64,000 nt of DNA from Candidatus Omnitrophota bacterium. Lineage in GTDB: Bacteria; Omnitrophota; Gorgyraeia; Gygaellales; Profunditerraquicolaceae. A program made the position numbers and the translations under genes. The DNA is taken from positions 7,903 to 71,902 of the forward strand of contig JAUSED010000003.1 of NCBI GenBank assembly GCA_030650425.1, read 5' to 3'. Of the stretch, positions 48,256 to 57,324 are shown in pieces; within the stretch, counting starts at the first letter, position 1, and each line of letters starts with the position of its first letter. The notes beneath the pieces were generated by a model. The model saw nothing but the letters and a program-made list of their open reading frames with translations, was not told the origin of the DNA and did not search any database.

Positions 48256-50207
48256 GCTGTAATCCAAAGGCTTGTGGGGCAGATATCGCGCTTGTCGGAA
48301 ATCCAAATACAGGCAAGAGCTGCCTTTTTAATCAGCTTACTACCGCTGATGCGATAGTATCCAATTATCCGGGGACAACTGTGGAGATCCTCGAGGGCAA
48401 AACCGCAATTGATAATAAGGTTATGCATGTAGCTGACCTTCCGGGCATATATAATCTTGGTTCATCAAGCGATGATGAAAGAGCCGCCACTGATTATATC
48501 ATCGAGAAAAAGCCCGGGGTGATAGTAAATGTGGTGGATGCCGCGCTTTTAGAGCGCAATCTTTACCTGACCCTGCAATTGCTGGAGTTAGAGGTTCCCA
48601 TGGTTATAGCTTTAAATTTTTATGAAGAGTTAGAAGATAATGGCATTAGCATAGATTATAACAATCTAAGCGCCTTGCTGGGTGTGCCTGTTGTACCTAT
48701 TGACGCGTTGCGGGGAGCAGGTATAGATATACTGGTCAAAACAATAGACACGATTATGCAAGATAGTTACAAATTCGATTATTATCATCTTAAATATGAT
48801 GACCATATAGAAAAGGCGATTGATAAAATTACCGAGATTATTGAAGAGGAGAATATCCCAAAACGCACAGCGTCAATTAACCTGATTGAGGAAGACGATG
48901 TTGAATGGGGGAAAGCCGGGCATAAAGAAGAGGTGCGCAAGATTATAGATGAGCTTAGCAAAGAGCACGCCCTGAATACCGAAATTGCGCGGGAGCGCCA
49001 TGGCCAGGCGGCATTACTGGCCCAGAAAGTAATGATCCAGGGGAAGCCGAAAAAGCATTTTAAGGATTTTCTTGACAGATTTACGACCGAGCCCCTGACA
49101 GGCGGCATTTCACTTGTTTTTATCATGGGCCTTAGTTTCTTCTCCCTGTTTACAATTGGCAATTATCTTAGTGACTTAATGGGAAAATGGTTTGATCTGC
49201 TTATTGCTAATCCGCTGAATCCTTTGATCAAGGCAATTCCCAGCACAGCTTTACAAACAGTTCTGACTTGGGGCCTACAGGGTATAAACGCGGGGCTGCA
49301 GATAGCCTTGCCGTATATCTTTATATTTTATCTAGTACTGGGCGCATTGGAGGATACAGGATATCTGCCCCGCATGGCTTATCTTTTGGACAGGTTAATG
49401 CATAAGATGCACTTACATGGCAATGCCATCATACCGATGATGCTTGGATTTGGCTGCAGTGTTCCGGCGGTACTCGCAACGCGTATTTTGCCTAATAAGA
49501 AAGACAGGATATTGACATCTATTTTGATTTGTATGATTCCGTGTTCCGCGCGAACCGCTGTTATCTTTGGGGCAGTAGGGAAATTTATCGGCGCGGGTTA
49601 CGCGCTTTTGATTTTTGGGATTGTCTTATCGCTGATATTCGCAGTTGGTTATATCCTGGGCAGATTCCTTCCCGGAGAATCAACCGGGCTGATAATGGAA
49701 ATGTCGGAATATAGGCTGCCTCAGCTTAAGAATGTCTGGAAAAAAACATGGATGAGGGTAAAGGATTTTATTTGGGTCGCGTTCCCCTTGATTATCATAG
49801 GCTCTGTTGTCTTGGGCTTACTTAAGGTTTACGGGGTTCTCGAGATCATTACAAAACCTTTTGCTCCGATTATTAGCGGTTGGCTGATGCTTCCTGCTAT
49901 CGCGGGTATTACGCTAGTTTACGGAATCCTGAGAAAAGAGATGGCCTTGGAATTATTGTTTGTGCTTGGCGGAAGCTCAAGGCTGCTGAATTTTATGACT
50001 CCGTTACAGATATTTATATTTACTTTGGTTGTTGCCTTGTATTTTCCTTGTGTGGGGACCCTGGCAGTTTTAAAGCATGAGTTTGGCTGGAAGAAGAGCC
50101 TGGCGATATCGTTGTTTACGATTGCCCTGGCTGTCGCAATAGGCGGGTTCGTTGGGAGGTTATTTCTTATAATGGGAGTTCCCAATCATGGGAATCAATT
50201 AATTTAA
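48252..50207 (+). CDS. feoB: Ferrous iron transporter FeoB (G-domain plus polytopic membrane domain).
   Basis: G1 GNPNTGKS, G3 DLPG and G4 NFYE. Start ATG 48252 overlaps the previous stop (ATGA). Confidence 0.9.
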   Translation: MSCNPKACGADIALVGNPNTGKSCLFNQLTTADAIVSNYPGTTVEILEGKTAIDNKVMHVADLPGIYNLGSSSDDERAATDYIIEKKPGVIVNVVDAALLERNLYLTLQLLELEVPMVIALNFYEELEDNGISIDYNNLSALLGVPVVPIDALRGAGIDILVKTIDTIMQDSYKFDYYHLKYDDHIEKAIDKITEIIEEENIPKRTASINLIEEDDVEWGKAGHKEEVRKIIDELSKEHALNTEIARERHGQAALLAQKVMIQGKPKKHFKDFLDRFTTEPLTGGISLVFIMGLSFFSLFTIGNYLSDLMGKWFDLLIANPLNPLIKAIPSTALQTVLTWGLQGINAGLQIALPYIFIFYLVLGALEDTGYLPRMAYLLDRLMHKMHLHGNAIIPMMLGFGCSVPAVLATRILPNKKDRILTSILICMIPCSARTAVIFGAVGKFIGAGYALLIFGIVLSLIFAVGYILGRFLPGESTGLIMEMSEYRLPQLKNVWKKTWMRVKDFIWVAFPLIIIGSVVLGLLKVYGVLEIITKPFAPIISGWLMLPAIAGITLVYGILRKEMALELLFVLGGSSRLLNFMTPLQIFIFTLVVALYFPCVGTLAVLKHEFGWKKSLAISLFTIALAVAIGGFVGRLFLIMGVPNHGNQLI

Positions 50208-50290
50208 TGCCGAAGGAGGGAGTTGAACCCACATGGGCTTGCGCCCAACAGCTTTTGAGGCTGCCGCGTATGCCATTTCGCCACTTCGGC
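50208..50290 (-). tRNA. tRNA-Leu (anticodon CAA), class II with a long variable arm.
   Basis: Reverse complement is GCCGAAGTGGCGAAATGGCATACGCGGCAGCCTCAAAAGCTGTTGGGCGCAAGCCCATGTGGGTTCAACTCCCTCCTTCGGCA. The 7-bp acceptor stem and anticodon loop CUCAAAA read directly; the 5' half is near-identical to E. coli tRNA-Leu. Confidence 0.9.
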
Positions 50291-50358
50291 AGATAATTTT
50301 ACATTGACGTTAGTTATTTTATATTCTAAAATAGCAAAGGTCAATAGATATAATTTGA

Positions 50359-50434
50359 GGGGCTGTAGCTCAGCTGGGAGAGCACTTGCATGGCATGCAA
50401 GGGGTCAGGAGTTCAATCCTCCTCAGCTCCACCA
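50359..50434 (+). tRNA. tRNA-Ala (anticodon GGC), CCA encoded.
   Basis: GGGGCTGTAGCTCAGCTGGGAGAGC...anticodon loop AUGGCAU...TTCAATCC...CAGCTCCACCA. The G3:U70 Ala identity pair is present. Confidence 0.9.
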
Positions 50435-50463
50435 AATTTTTCTGACAAAGAAAAATTTGGTGG
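50430..50463 (+). terminator. Hairpin caccaaatttttc-tgacaaa-gaaaaatttggtg immediately after tRNA-Ala.
   Basis: 13-bp A/T-rich stem overlapping the tRNA 3' CCA. Confidence 0.4.
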
Positions 50464-50530
50464 CACTAAAGCGAGCGTAAAAAATCGCGGCAAGCGGTTT
50501 AGCGAGCGTAGTGCCTTCGGTAAATTCTCC

Positions 50531-50561
50531 ATAAAGGGACGGATAATATCCGTCCCTTTAT
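50531..50561 (+). terminator. Hairpin ataaagggacggat-aat-atccgtccctttat.
   Basis: 14-bp perfect stem. It belongs to the GGGAC(G/C)G-stem hairpin class that recurs at 2233, 16725, 31337 and 53881. Confidence 0.5.
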
Positions 50562-50587
50562 GGTAGAACAGTTTTAGAGAAGAGTTA

Positions 50588-50616
50588 TTGACGCTCAACT
50601 TGCGCAGAGGTATAAT
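50588..50616 (+). promoter_or_regulatory. Consensus-like sigma70 promoter TTGACG-17-TATAAT for nfo.
   Basis: The -10 hexamer ends 9 nt before ATG 50626, implying a leaderless or near-leaderless mRNA. Confidence 0.55.
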
Positions 50617-50625
50617 TTAAGCACG

Positions 50626-51471
50626 ATGATTCTAGGTGTGCATGTTTCCGGAGCAGGGAAGATTTATCAGACGCTGGATATCGCGCATCAGCTGAAGTGT
50701 CAGACGATGCAAATCTTCGCTCGCAACCCTCAGCAATGGCGCGCCGGCCCCTTGGACCCTAAAGATATTGCGGAATTTAAGCTCAGGCGCAAGAAATTTA
50801 AGATTGACCCGGTCTTTATCCATATTTCTTATTTGATTAATCTGGCTTCGCCTAATCCCCGGCTTTACCAAGGTTCAATTCGGGCTTATGTTGAGGATAT
50901 GCAGGACGCGGAAGCATTAAAAGCCGATTATATCGTTACGCATATGGGCAGCCATAAGGAAACTTCCGAAGAAGCCGGCATAAAAAGGTTAATCGCTGCT
51001 TTAAATAAAATCCTGGATGAAACCAAAGGTTCGAAAGTAGGGATATTATTGGAGAATACCTCAGGCAGCGGTTCGTGGCTGGGGTATAAGTTTGAGCATC
51101 AGCAAAAAATCATCGCCGGGATAAAAGAAAAGTCGCGCGTGGGCCTCTGTTTAGATACGGCGCATGCTTATCTAGCCGGTTATGACCTGGCCACTAAAGA
51201 AGGATTAGCTAAGATGTTGGATGAGATTGATACGCAAGTTGGCTTAAAATTAGTTAAATTGATTCATTTGAATGACGCCTACGGCGCGTTAGCTTCACAT
51301 TATGACCGGCATGACCATATTGGCAAAGGAAGTATAGGCTTAGCCGGAATGAAAAGGATTATTACGCACCCGAAGTTAAAGAATATCCCGATGATTTTAG
51401 AGACGCCCAAAGATGACGAAACCAGTGATCTGTTGAACCTAGCGTTAGTGCGAAAATTAAGCAAAAATTAG
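50626..51471 (+). CDS. nfo: Endonuclease IV (AP endonuclease family 2).
   Basis: TIM-barrel Nfo pattern: HVSYLINLASP, VTHMGS, LENTSG, and HLNDAYG. Confidence 0.85.
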   Translation: MILGVHVSGAGKIYQTLDIAHQLKCQTMQIFARNPQQWRAGPLDPKDIAEFKLRRKKFKIDPVFIHISYLINLASPNPRLYQGSIRAYVEDMQDAEALKADYIVTHMGSHKETSEEAGIKRLIAALNKILDETKGSKVGILLENTSGSGSWLGYKFEHQQKIIAGIKEKSRVGLCLDTAHAYLAGYDLATKEGLAKMLDEIDTQVGLKLVKLIHLNDAYGALASHYDRHDHIGKGSIGLAGMKRIITHPKLKNIPMILETPKDDETSDLLNLALVRKLSKN

Positions 51472-51477
51472 GAAACT

Positions 51478-53877
51478 ATGTTTTACGACTTTAAAAAAAT
51501 AGAAGAAAAGTGGCAGAAAAAGTGGCAGAAGGATAAAACCTTTCGCGCGCAAATAGCTCCCGCGCAGAAAAAATATTACCTGCTGGAGATGTTTCCTTAT
51601 CCATCGGGTAAAATCCATATGGGCCATGTGCGTAATTATACCATTGGGGATGTGGCAGCGCGTTTTAAGATGCTGGAGGGATATAATGTGCTGCATCCGA
51701 TGGGTTTTGACGCCTTTGGCCAGCCCGCCGAGAATGCCGCGATCAAAAATAAGACTAAGCCGGATGCCTGGACGCATAAATGTATCCGTGAAATGGAAGA
51801 CGAACTCAAAAAAATGGGCTTTGCTTATGATTGGGAGAGGGAAGTTTCCACTTGCGACAATTCTTACTATCGATGGAACCAATGGATCTTTCTGAAGATG
51901 TTTGAGCGAGGCCTGGCCTATAAAAAGGCTTCCAATGTGAATTGGTGTCCCGGCTGTCAGACGACTTTAGCCAATGAAGAGGTGATTGAAGGCGGCTGTT
52001 GGCGTTGCTCAGCCAAAGTAGAGCAAAAAGATCTAGAGCAATGGTATCTAAAAATTACCGAATATAGGGAGAGGCTTTTAGAAGACTTGCAGCAATTAGA
52101 AGATTGGCCTGAGCGCGTCTTAAGTATGCAGGCAAATTGGATCGGCAAAAGCCAAGGCGTGGAGATTTATTTTAAATTAAAAGGCCAAGATAAAGTGGTT
52201 CCGGTTTTTACTACCCGCGCGGATACGATTTTCGGCGCAACCTACATTGTTTTGGCTCCGGAACATCCTTTGGTTAAAGAATTAATTAAAGGTAAGGCGC
52301 AGGAAAATGAGGCCTTAAAGTTTATCGATAAGGTGGCTAAAGAAAGTAAAGTTGTGCGCGCCTCCTCGGATGTGAAGAAGGAGGGTGTTTTTACTGGAAG
52401 TTTAGCGGTTAATCCGGTGAATAATGAAGAGGTGCCGGTTTGGATCGCGGATTATGTTTTAATGGAATATGGAACCGGCGCGATTATGGCTGTGCCGACG
52501 CATGACCAGCGGGATTTCTTGTTCGCTAAAGAACATAAACTACCGATGAGAATAGTAATACAGAGGACAGAAGACAGAGGACAGAAGACAGAGGATTTAA
52601 CTGAAGCATATGAAGGGGATGGCATTCAGGTTAATTCCGGAGAATTTAACGACTTGCCTAACTCCGAAGCCAAAATTAGAATTGCCGAATGGATGGAGAC
52701 AAAAGGAATCGGTAAAATCCAGACGCATTGGCGTCTGCGCGACTGGCTGATTTCGCGGCAACGTTATTGGGGAACGCCCATTCCGATTATTTATTGTCCC
52801 AAATGCGGCGTTGTTCCTGTCCCTTACCAAAATCTGCCAGTGGAATTACCCAAAGACGCGCCCTTTACCGGAGAAGGAGGCAGTCCATTAGGTAAAGTAA
52901 AAAAATTTGTGCAAGTAAAGTGCCCGAAATGTAAGGCTTTAGCCCGCCGGGAAACCGACACCATGGCGACTTTTTTTGACTCGTCATGGTATTTCTTAAG
53001 ATTTTGTTCGCCCAAATTTAAGGATGGTCCATTTGGAGAGAAAGAAGCCGCATATTGGATGCCGGTTGACCAATACATCGGCGGGATTGAGCATGCCATC
53101 CTGCATCTTTTGTATGCACGTTTCTTTACTAAGTTCTTTAAAGATCTGGGGTTGATTGATTTTAATGAGCCTTTTAAGCGCCTGCTTACGCAAGGAATGG
53201 TTTTAAAAGATGGCGAGGTGATGTCTAAATCCAAGGGAAATATCGTTGACCCGGATACGATGATCAAAAAATACGGCGCCGATACTTTACGCTTATTTAT
53301 TTTATTTGCCGCGCCTCCGGAAACAGAATTAGAATGGGATGACCGGGGATTGGAAGGGGCGCATAAATTCCTCAACCGCGTCTGGCGCATTCAGGATAAT
53401 CTCAAGGATAAAGCTGACCCCGCGCTGCTGCGTATCTTGCATAAAACCATTAAAAAAGTAAGCGAAGACTTCCGGGAATTTAAATTTAATACGGCTATTG
53501 CCAGTCTTATGGAGTTGACTAACGCGGTTTATCAGTTGGGAGCGGATAAAGAGGTTTTTTCCAAGCTGATTATTATGCTTAGCCCGATTACCCCGCATTT
53601 TAGCGAAGAACTCTGGAAGATCTTGGGGAATAAAGATAGCGTGTTAAAAGCCGGCTGGCCGGAATACGATTCCAAAATACTTATCGAAGAGAATATTACT
53701 ATCGTCCTACAGGTTAATGGCAAGGTTCGTTCGAAAATCGAGGTAGCCGCGAATATCGCGGAAAGTAAGCTCAAAGAAATGGTTTTAGCTGATAAAAAAC
53801 TCTCCCCCTGGATTCAGGGTAAGCCCGTCAAAAATTTCATCCTCGTTCCAAATAAGCTTGTTAATATCGTAGTCTAG
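51478..53877 (+). CDS. leuS: Leucyl-tRNA synthetase.
   Basis: HIGH motif [21 protein letters not shown] motif [10 protein letters not shown]1 editing domain, and about 799 aa. Confidence 0.95.
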   Translation: MFYDFKKIEEKWQKKWQKDKTFRAQIAPAQKKYYLLEMFPYPSGKIHMGHVRNYTIGDVAARFKMLEGYNVLHPMGFDAFGQPAENAAIKNKTKPDAWTHKCIREMEDELKKMGFAYDWEREVSTCDNSYYRWNQWIFLKMFERGLAYKKASNVNWCPGCQTTLANEEVIEGGCWRCSAKVEQKDLEQWYLKITEYRERLLEDLQQLEDWPERVLSMQANWIGKSQGVEIYFKLKGQDKVVPVFTTRADTIFGATYIVLAPEHPLVKELIKGKAQENEALKFIDKVAKESKVVRASSDVKKEGVFTGSLAVNPVNNEEVPVWIADYVLMEYGTGAIMAVPTHDQRDFLFAKEHKLPMRIVIQRTEDRGQKTEDLTEAYEGDGIQVNSGEFNDLPNSEAKIRIAEWMETKGIGKIQTHWRLRDWLISRQRYWGTPIPIIYCPKCGVVPVPYQNLPVELPKDAPFTGEGGSPLGKVKKFVQVKCPKCKALARRETDTMATFFDSSWYFLRFCSPKFKDGPFGEKEAAYWMPVDQYIGGIEHAILHLLYARFFTKFFKDLGLIDFNEPFKRLLTQGMVLKDGEVMSKSKGNIVDPDTMIKKYGADTLRLFILFAAPPETELEWDDRGLEGAHKFLNRVWRIQDNLKDKADPALLRILHKTIKKVSEDFREFKFNTAIASLMELTNAVYQLGADKEVFSKLIIMLSPITPHFSEELWKILGNKDSVLKAGWPEYDSKILIEENITIVLQVNGKVRSKIEVAANIAESKLKEMVLADKKLSPWIQGKPVKNFILVPNKLVNIVV

Positions 53878-53880
53878 GAT

Positions 53881-53946
53881 AAATAGGGACAGCGCCAATT
53901 TTTTCAGTAAAAATATACGCAGAAAAAATGGGCGCTGTCCCTATTT
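53881..53946 (+). terminator. Long imperfect hairpin after leuS (aaatagggacagcgccaattttttc ... gaaaaaatgggcgctgtccctattt).
   Basis: About 25-bp interrupted stem, followed by T-rich sequence. Confidence 0.55.
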
Positions 53947-54016
53947 ATCTCTATTTATCTATTTATTTCAGTTAGATTCTGCCTCTCTCTGCGTCTATTA
54001 GGGTAGGAGGTGGGGA

Positions 54017-54346
54017 ATGCTTAATTTTACGCAGGAAGAGAGGAAGGTAATTTTGTTTCTGGTAATGCTGGCGTTCTTAGGGGCGGGGGTAAATTTTGCA
54101 GTTAAGCGGTTTGGCGGCGGGAAAAGCACTTTTTGTTTTGCTGATGATCTGGGGAAGGTGAATTTAAACAGCGCGGATAAAAGGCTGCTGATGAAAGTAT
54201 CTGGAATAGGGGAAAAGTTGGCTCAGCGTATCATCGATTATCGCGATAAAAGCCGCGGATTTAACGCCCTAGATGAGCTCAAGGAGATAGAGGGGATGAA
54301 CGACTCCAAATTTGCCAAATTAAAAGACTATCTAATGGTCAAATGA
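54017..54346 (+). CDS. comEA: ComEA-like competence protein with a helix-hairpin-helix DNA-binding domain.
   Basis: N-terminal TM helix. HhH motifs VNLNSADKRLLMKVSGIGEKLAQRII... Confidence 0.75.
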   Translation: MLNFTQEERKVILFLVMLAFLGAGVNFAVKRFGGGKSTFCFADDLGKVNLNSADKRLLMKVSGIGEKLAQRIIDYRDKSRGFNALDELKEIEGMNDSKFAKLKDYLMVK

Positions 54347-55761
54347 GCTGGCTGACTTTATATTTTTGCGCGGGGATAATTTTTGCGCATTTTTTTAAAG
54401 TTTATTTTTGGCCGCTTTATTCTCTCGGATTGGCCTTACTTGTTATCTGCACCATTTTTATCAAAAAAGATTTAATCTTCAAGAGATTCTCCTCTTGTTT
54501 AATTTTTATCTGCGGAGCAGTGTTGTTAACCAATACTTATATCCTGTCTAAAACTCATATCTCTAAATTTGTCTCCTATAAGAACGATACAGTTTTTACG
54601 GTTAAGGGATTTGTGAACAGCCAGCCGCAGTTAAAAGATAACCAGGTTTCATTTCTCTTGGCCGTGCAAGAATTGGAATTTAACCGCGCTCATTATAAAT
54701 CTTGCGGAGAGATTCTGGTTCATCTAAAAGAAATCAAAGAAGGGGAAGAAGGTCCCGAAGGTGACAGTCACGAAATGCGTGACTGTCACCTTCGGTACGG
54801 CGAGGCCTTAATCTTAAGAGGGACTATGCATAAGCCGTTTAAGTTATATAGTGACAGGATAGCTGCGATTATGCGGGTGAATATGCCCGGTTGCGTCATA
54901 AGATTAAATAGAAATTGTGGAAACCCCGTGCTTAGATTTGCCTATTTCCTTAAAGGAAAGATAGAGGAGGTAATTTATCAGAGGCTTTCTAAATTAGCCG
55001 CGGGCATCGCGAACGCCATGATTTTAGGAGAAGAGAGGGGTATCCCGGTTGCAGTTTATGACGCGATGGCCAAAAGCGGGACTGTGCATATCTTGGTGGT
55101 CAGCGGTTTTAATGTCGGAATAGTTGCCTTTATCATTATCTTGTTGTTTAAGGTCTTACGGGTTCCCCGCAAGCTTAGATATCTTCTAGCCATCCCTTGC
55201 CTAATAATATACTGCTTAGCTACAGGCGCTCAGGCTCCGGTGGCGCGCGCGACGATTATGGCGATATTTTTTCTCACGGGATTCCTTCTTAAAAGGGAGC
55301 CGGATATACGTAATTCTTTTTCTTTAGCCGCCCTCTTCATTCTTTTAATTAACCCGAGAGAAGTATTTTCCATCAGTTTCCAGCTTTCTTTTGCCAGCGT
55401 CGCGGCGATCATTTTTCTTGATCCTAAACTCAACGCGTTTTTTAAAACCGAATGCATAAAGCTGAAACTTTTAAGATTGATCACGGAAGGCGCCCTGGTA
55501 TCTCTATCTGCCTGGGTAGCTACTTTAGGGTTGATCGCTTATAATTTCAGGTTTCTCTCTCCGGTTACCGTATTAGCCAATATTTTTATTGTTCCTCTAG
55601 CCACTTTGATTACGCTCTCCGGATTTAGCTTGGTTATTATCTCCATAATTTTTCCTGTTTGGGCGGGATTCTTTGCTCGCGCCATCGAGTTCTTAGTGGT
55701 CGTACTTTTAAGCGTCAATAACCAGCTGGTTCAGTTCCCCTTGGCTTACCTACATTGGTAG
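54343..55761 (+). CDS. comEC: ComEC/Rec2-like DNA internalization channel, short form lacking the C-terminal metallo-beta-lactamase domain.
   Basis: N-terminal DUF4131-like OB region plus a multi-TM competence domain. The ORF ends before any MBL motif, 60 nt before the bamD-like gene. It contains a 41-nt perfect hairpin at 54756-54796. Confidence 0.65.
   Translation: MSWLTLYFCAGIIFAHFFKVYFWPLYSLGLALLVICTIFIKKDLIFKRFSSCLIFICGAVLLTNTYILSKTHISKFVSYKNDTVFTVKGFVNSQPQLKDNQVSFLLAVQELEFNRAHYKSCGEILVHLKEIKEGEEGPEGDSHEMRDCHLRYGEALILRGTMHKPFKLYSDRIAAIMRVNMPGCVIRLNRNCGNPVLRFAYFLKGKIEEVIYQRLSKLAAGIANAMILGEERGIPVAVYDAMAKSGTVHILVVSGFNVGIVAFIIILLFKVLRVPRKLRYLLAIPCLIIYCLATGAQAPVARATIMAIFFLTGFLLKREPDIRNSFSLAALFILLINPREVFSISFQLSFASVAAIIFLDPKLNAFFKTECIKLKLLRLITEGALVSLSAWVATLGLIAYNFRFLSPVTVLANIFIVPLATLITLSGFSLVIISIIFPVWAGFFARAIEFLVVVLLSVNNQLVQFPLAYLHW
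54756..54796. repeat. Intragenic family-3 palindromic element CCGAAGGTGACAGTCAC-gaaatgc-GTGACTGTCACCTTCGG, a perfect 17-bp stem.
   Basis: Read directly, inside the comEC coding sequence (encodes ..PEGDSHEMRDCHLRY..). The homologous copy is at 20642-20672. Confidence 0.85.
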
Positions 55762-55821
55762 ATAAAATGGGTTCTTAATCTGTTTGACAAAGCAGTTTTC
55801 GTGTGATAAAGTTGTAATATT

Positions 55822-56763
55822 ATGCGACGGATAATCTTAAGTCTCTGTGTTATTTTTGCCCTAGCGGTTAACCCGGCCTATTCCTTCTGGATCTGGACGC
55901 CGAAAACCGGCAAATGGGTTAACCCTAAGAATCTCCCTAAAGATAATCCCAAGGCCCAGTTTGATTATGCCAAAGGCTTTTATGATGAAAAGAAATATGA
56001 TGAGGCTATCCGTGAATTCAGGAAGCTCCTTAAGGCTTACCCCAAAGCCTTTGAGGCTTCGGAATCCCAATATTATTTAGGGGTAATTGAGGAAGAAAGA
56101 GGGAATCTTTATGAGGCCTATCTGGCCTATCAGAAGGTGGTGGATAAATACCCCTTTTCCGAGCGGATTAAAGAAATCATTGAAAAAGAATACCATATTG
56201 CCGAGCAATTCATCGCGGGCTATAAACGTAAAGCGCTGGGGGTAACCTTACCGGTTGAGGATCCTTCTATAGAAATACTCACCAAAGTGGTAGAGAATTC
56301 GACTTATGGGCCGCTGGCGTCCAAGGCAGAGTATAAATTAGGTTTAGTTTTAAAGGGCCTGCAACGTTATTATGAGGCCGAGGATGCCTTTAATAAGGTA
56401 ATCTCCAATTATCCGGATAGCGAATGGGTTGAACCATCCAAATTTCAGATCGCCTCTTGCCGCGCCGCGGTATCGCGCGGCCCGGATTATGATCAAGGGG
56501 CGATGCAGGAGGCTAAGCAAAAATTCGAAGAATTTGTCAGAGAGCATCCAGACGCTGTATTATCTAAAGACGCCCAGCAGAATATCAGTAAGTTAAAAGA
56601 AAAAGAAGCCGCCTCCAGCTACAATATCGCGGTATTTTATGAAAAACAAAAGGCTTATAAGGCTGCTAAGATTTATTATGAAAACGTGATTAATAATTAC
56701 TCCGGGTCTGTCTGGGCGGCTAAGGCCTTGGAGAGCCTGCAATTAATGGAGAAGAAAAAATGA
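55822..56763 (+). CDS. TPR-repeat periplasmic protein, BamD/YbgF-like.
   Basis: Signal peptide followed by multiple TPR-like repeats. Lies in a neighbourhood of envelope-biogenesis genes. Confidence 0.45.
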   Translation: MRRIILSLCVIFALAVNPAYSFWIWTPKTGKWVNPKNLPKDNPKAQFDYAKGFYDEKKYDEAIREFRKLLKAYPKAFEASESQYYLGVIEEERGNLYEAYLAYQKVVDKYPFSERIKEIIEKEYHIAEQFIAGYKRKALGVTLPVEDPSIEILTKVVENSTYGPLASKAEYKLGLVLKGLQRYYEAEDAFNKVISNYPDSEWVEPSKFQIASCRAAVSRGPDYDQGAMQEAKQKFEEFVREHPDAVLSKDAQQNISKLKEKEAASSYNIAVFYEKQKAYKAAKIYYENVINNYSGSVWAAKALESLQLMEKKK

Positions 56764-57323
56764 AGAAAAGAATAAGCCGGATTTTTCTGTTTTCTGTCCT
56801 CTGTTTTCTGTCCTCCGCGCTAGCCGGTTGCGGCTATACTACCCGTTCCATGGTCGGAAGTAAATACAGGACCATCTACATAACACCTTTCGTAAATAAA
56901 ATAAATATTACTACTCAGACTGACGCGGCCAATAAATACAGATTGTACAGGCCGATGATCGAGACCGATATTACCAGATCCGTAAATAACCGCTACCTCT
57001 TTGATGGAAATTTAAGGCCGCTAAAAGAAGAGTCGGCGGATGTTATTTTAAAGGGCGAGGTGTTAGATTTCCGCCGTGATCCTTTACGTTACGATGCTAA
57101 CGGCAATGTCACCGAATACCGTATTAATCTAGTGGTCAATATCAGCCTCTGGGAGAGGGCAGAGAATAAATTAATCTGGCAGGAGAATAGTTTTACCGGA
57201 GATACCACCTATTTTACCTCGTCTTCCGGAAACCCTCAGGCAAAGAGCGAAGATACGGCGGTAACTGACGCCCTGACTGACCTTAGCCGCCGGATTGTCG
57301 AGCGGACAGTTGAACAATGGTAA
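56760..57323 (+). CDS. lptE: LptE-like LPS-assembly lipoprotein.
   Basis: Lipobox LAGC followed by GYTTRS (compare LptE CGWHLRG). About 185 aa. Conserved leuS...lptE-holA neighbourhood. Confidence 0.55.
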   Translation: MKKRISRIFLFSVLCFLSSALAGCGYTTRSMVGSKYRTIYITPFVNKINITTQTDAANKYRLYRPMIETDITRSVNNRYLFDGNLRPLKEESADVILKGEVLDFRRDPLRYDANGNVTEYRINLVVNISLWERAENKLIWQENSFTGDTTYFTSSSGNPQAKSEDTAVTDALTDLSRRIVERTVEQW

Positions 57324-57324
57324 G

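Noticed and set aside
50413-50598. 61-aa minus-strand ORF overlapping tRNA-Ala and its downstream hairpins
   Set aside because: It overlaps a confidently identified tRNA gene and terminator-like structures. There is no RBS, and it is a low-complexity translation.
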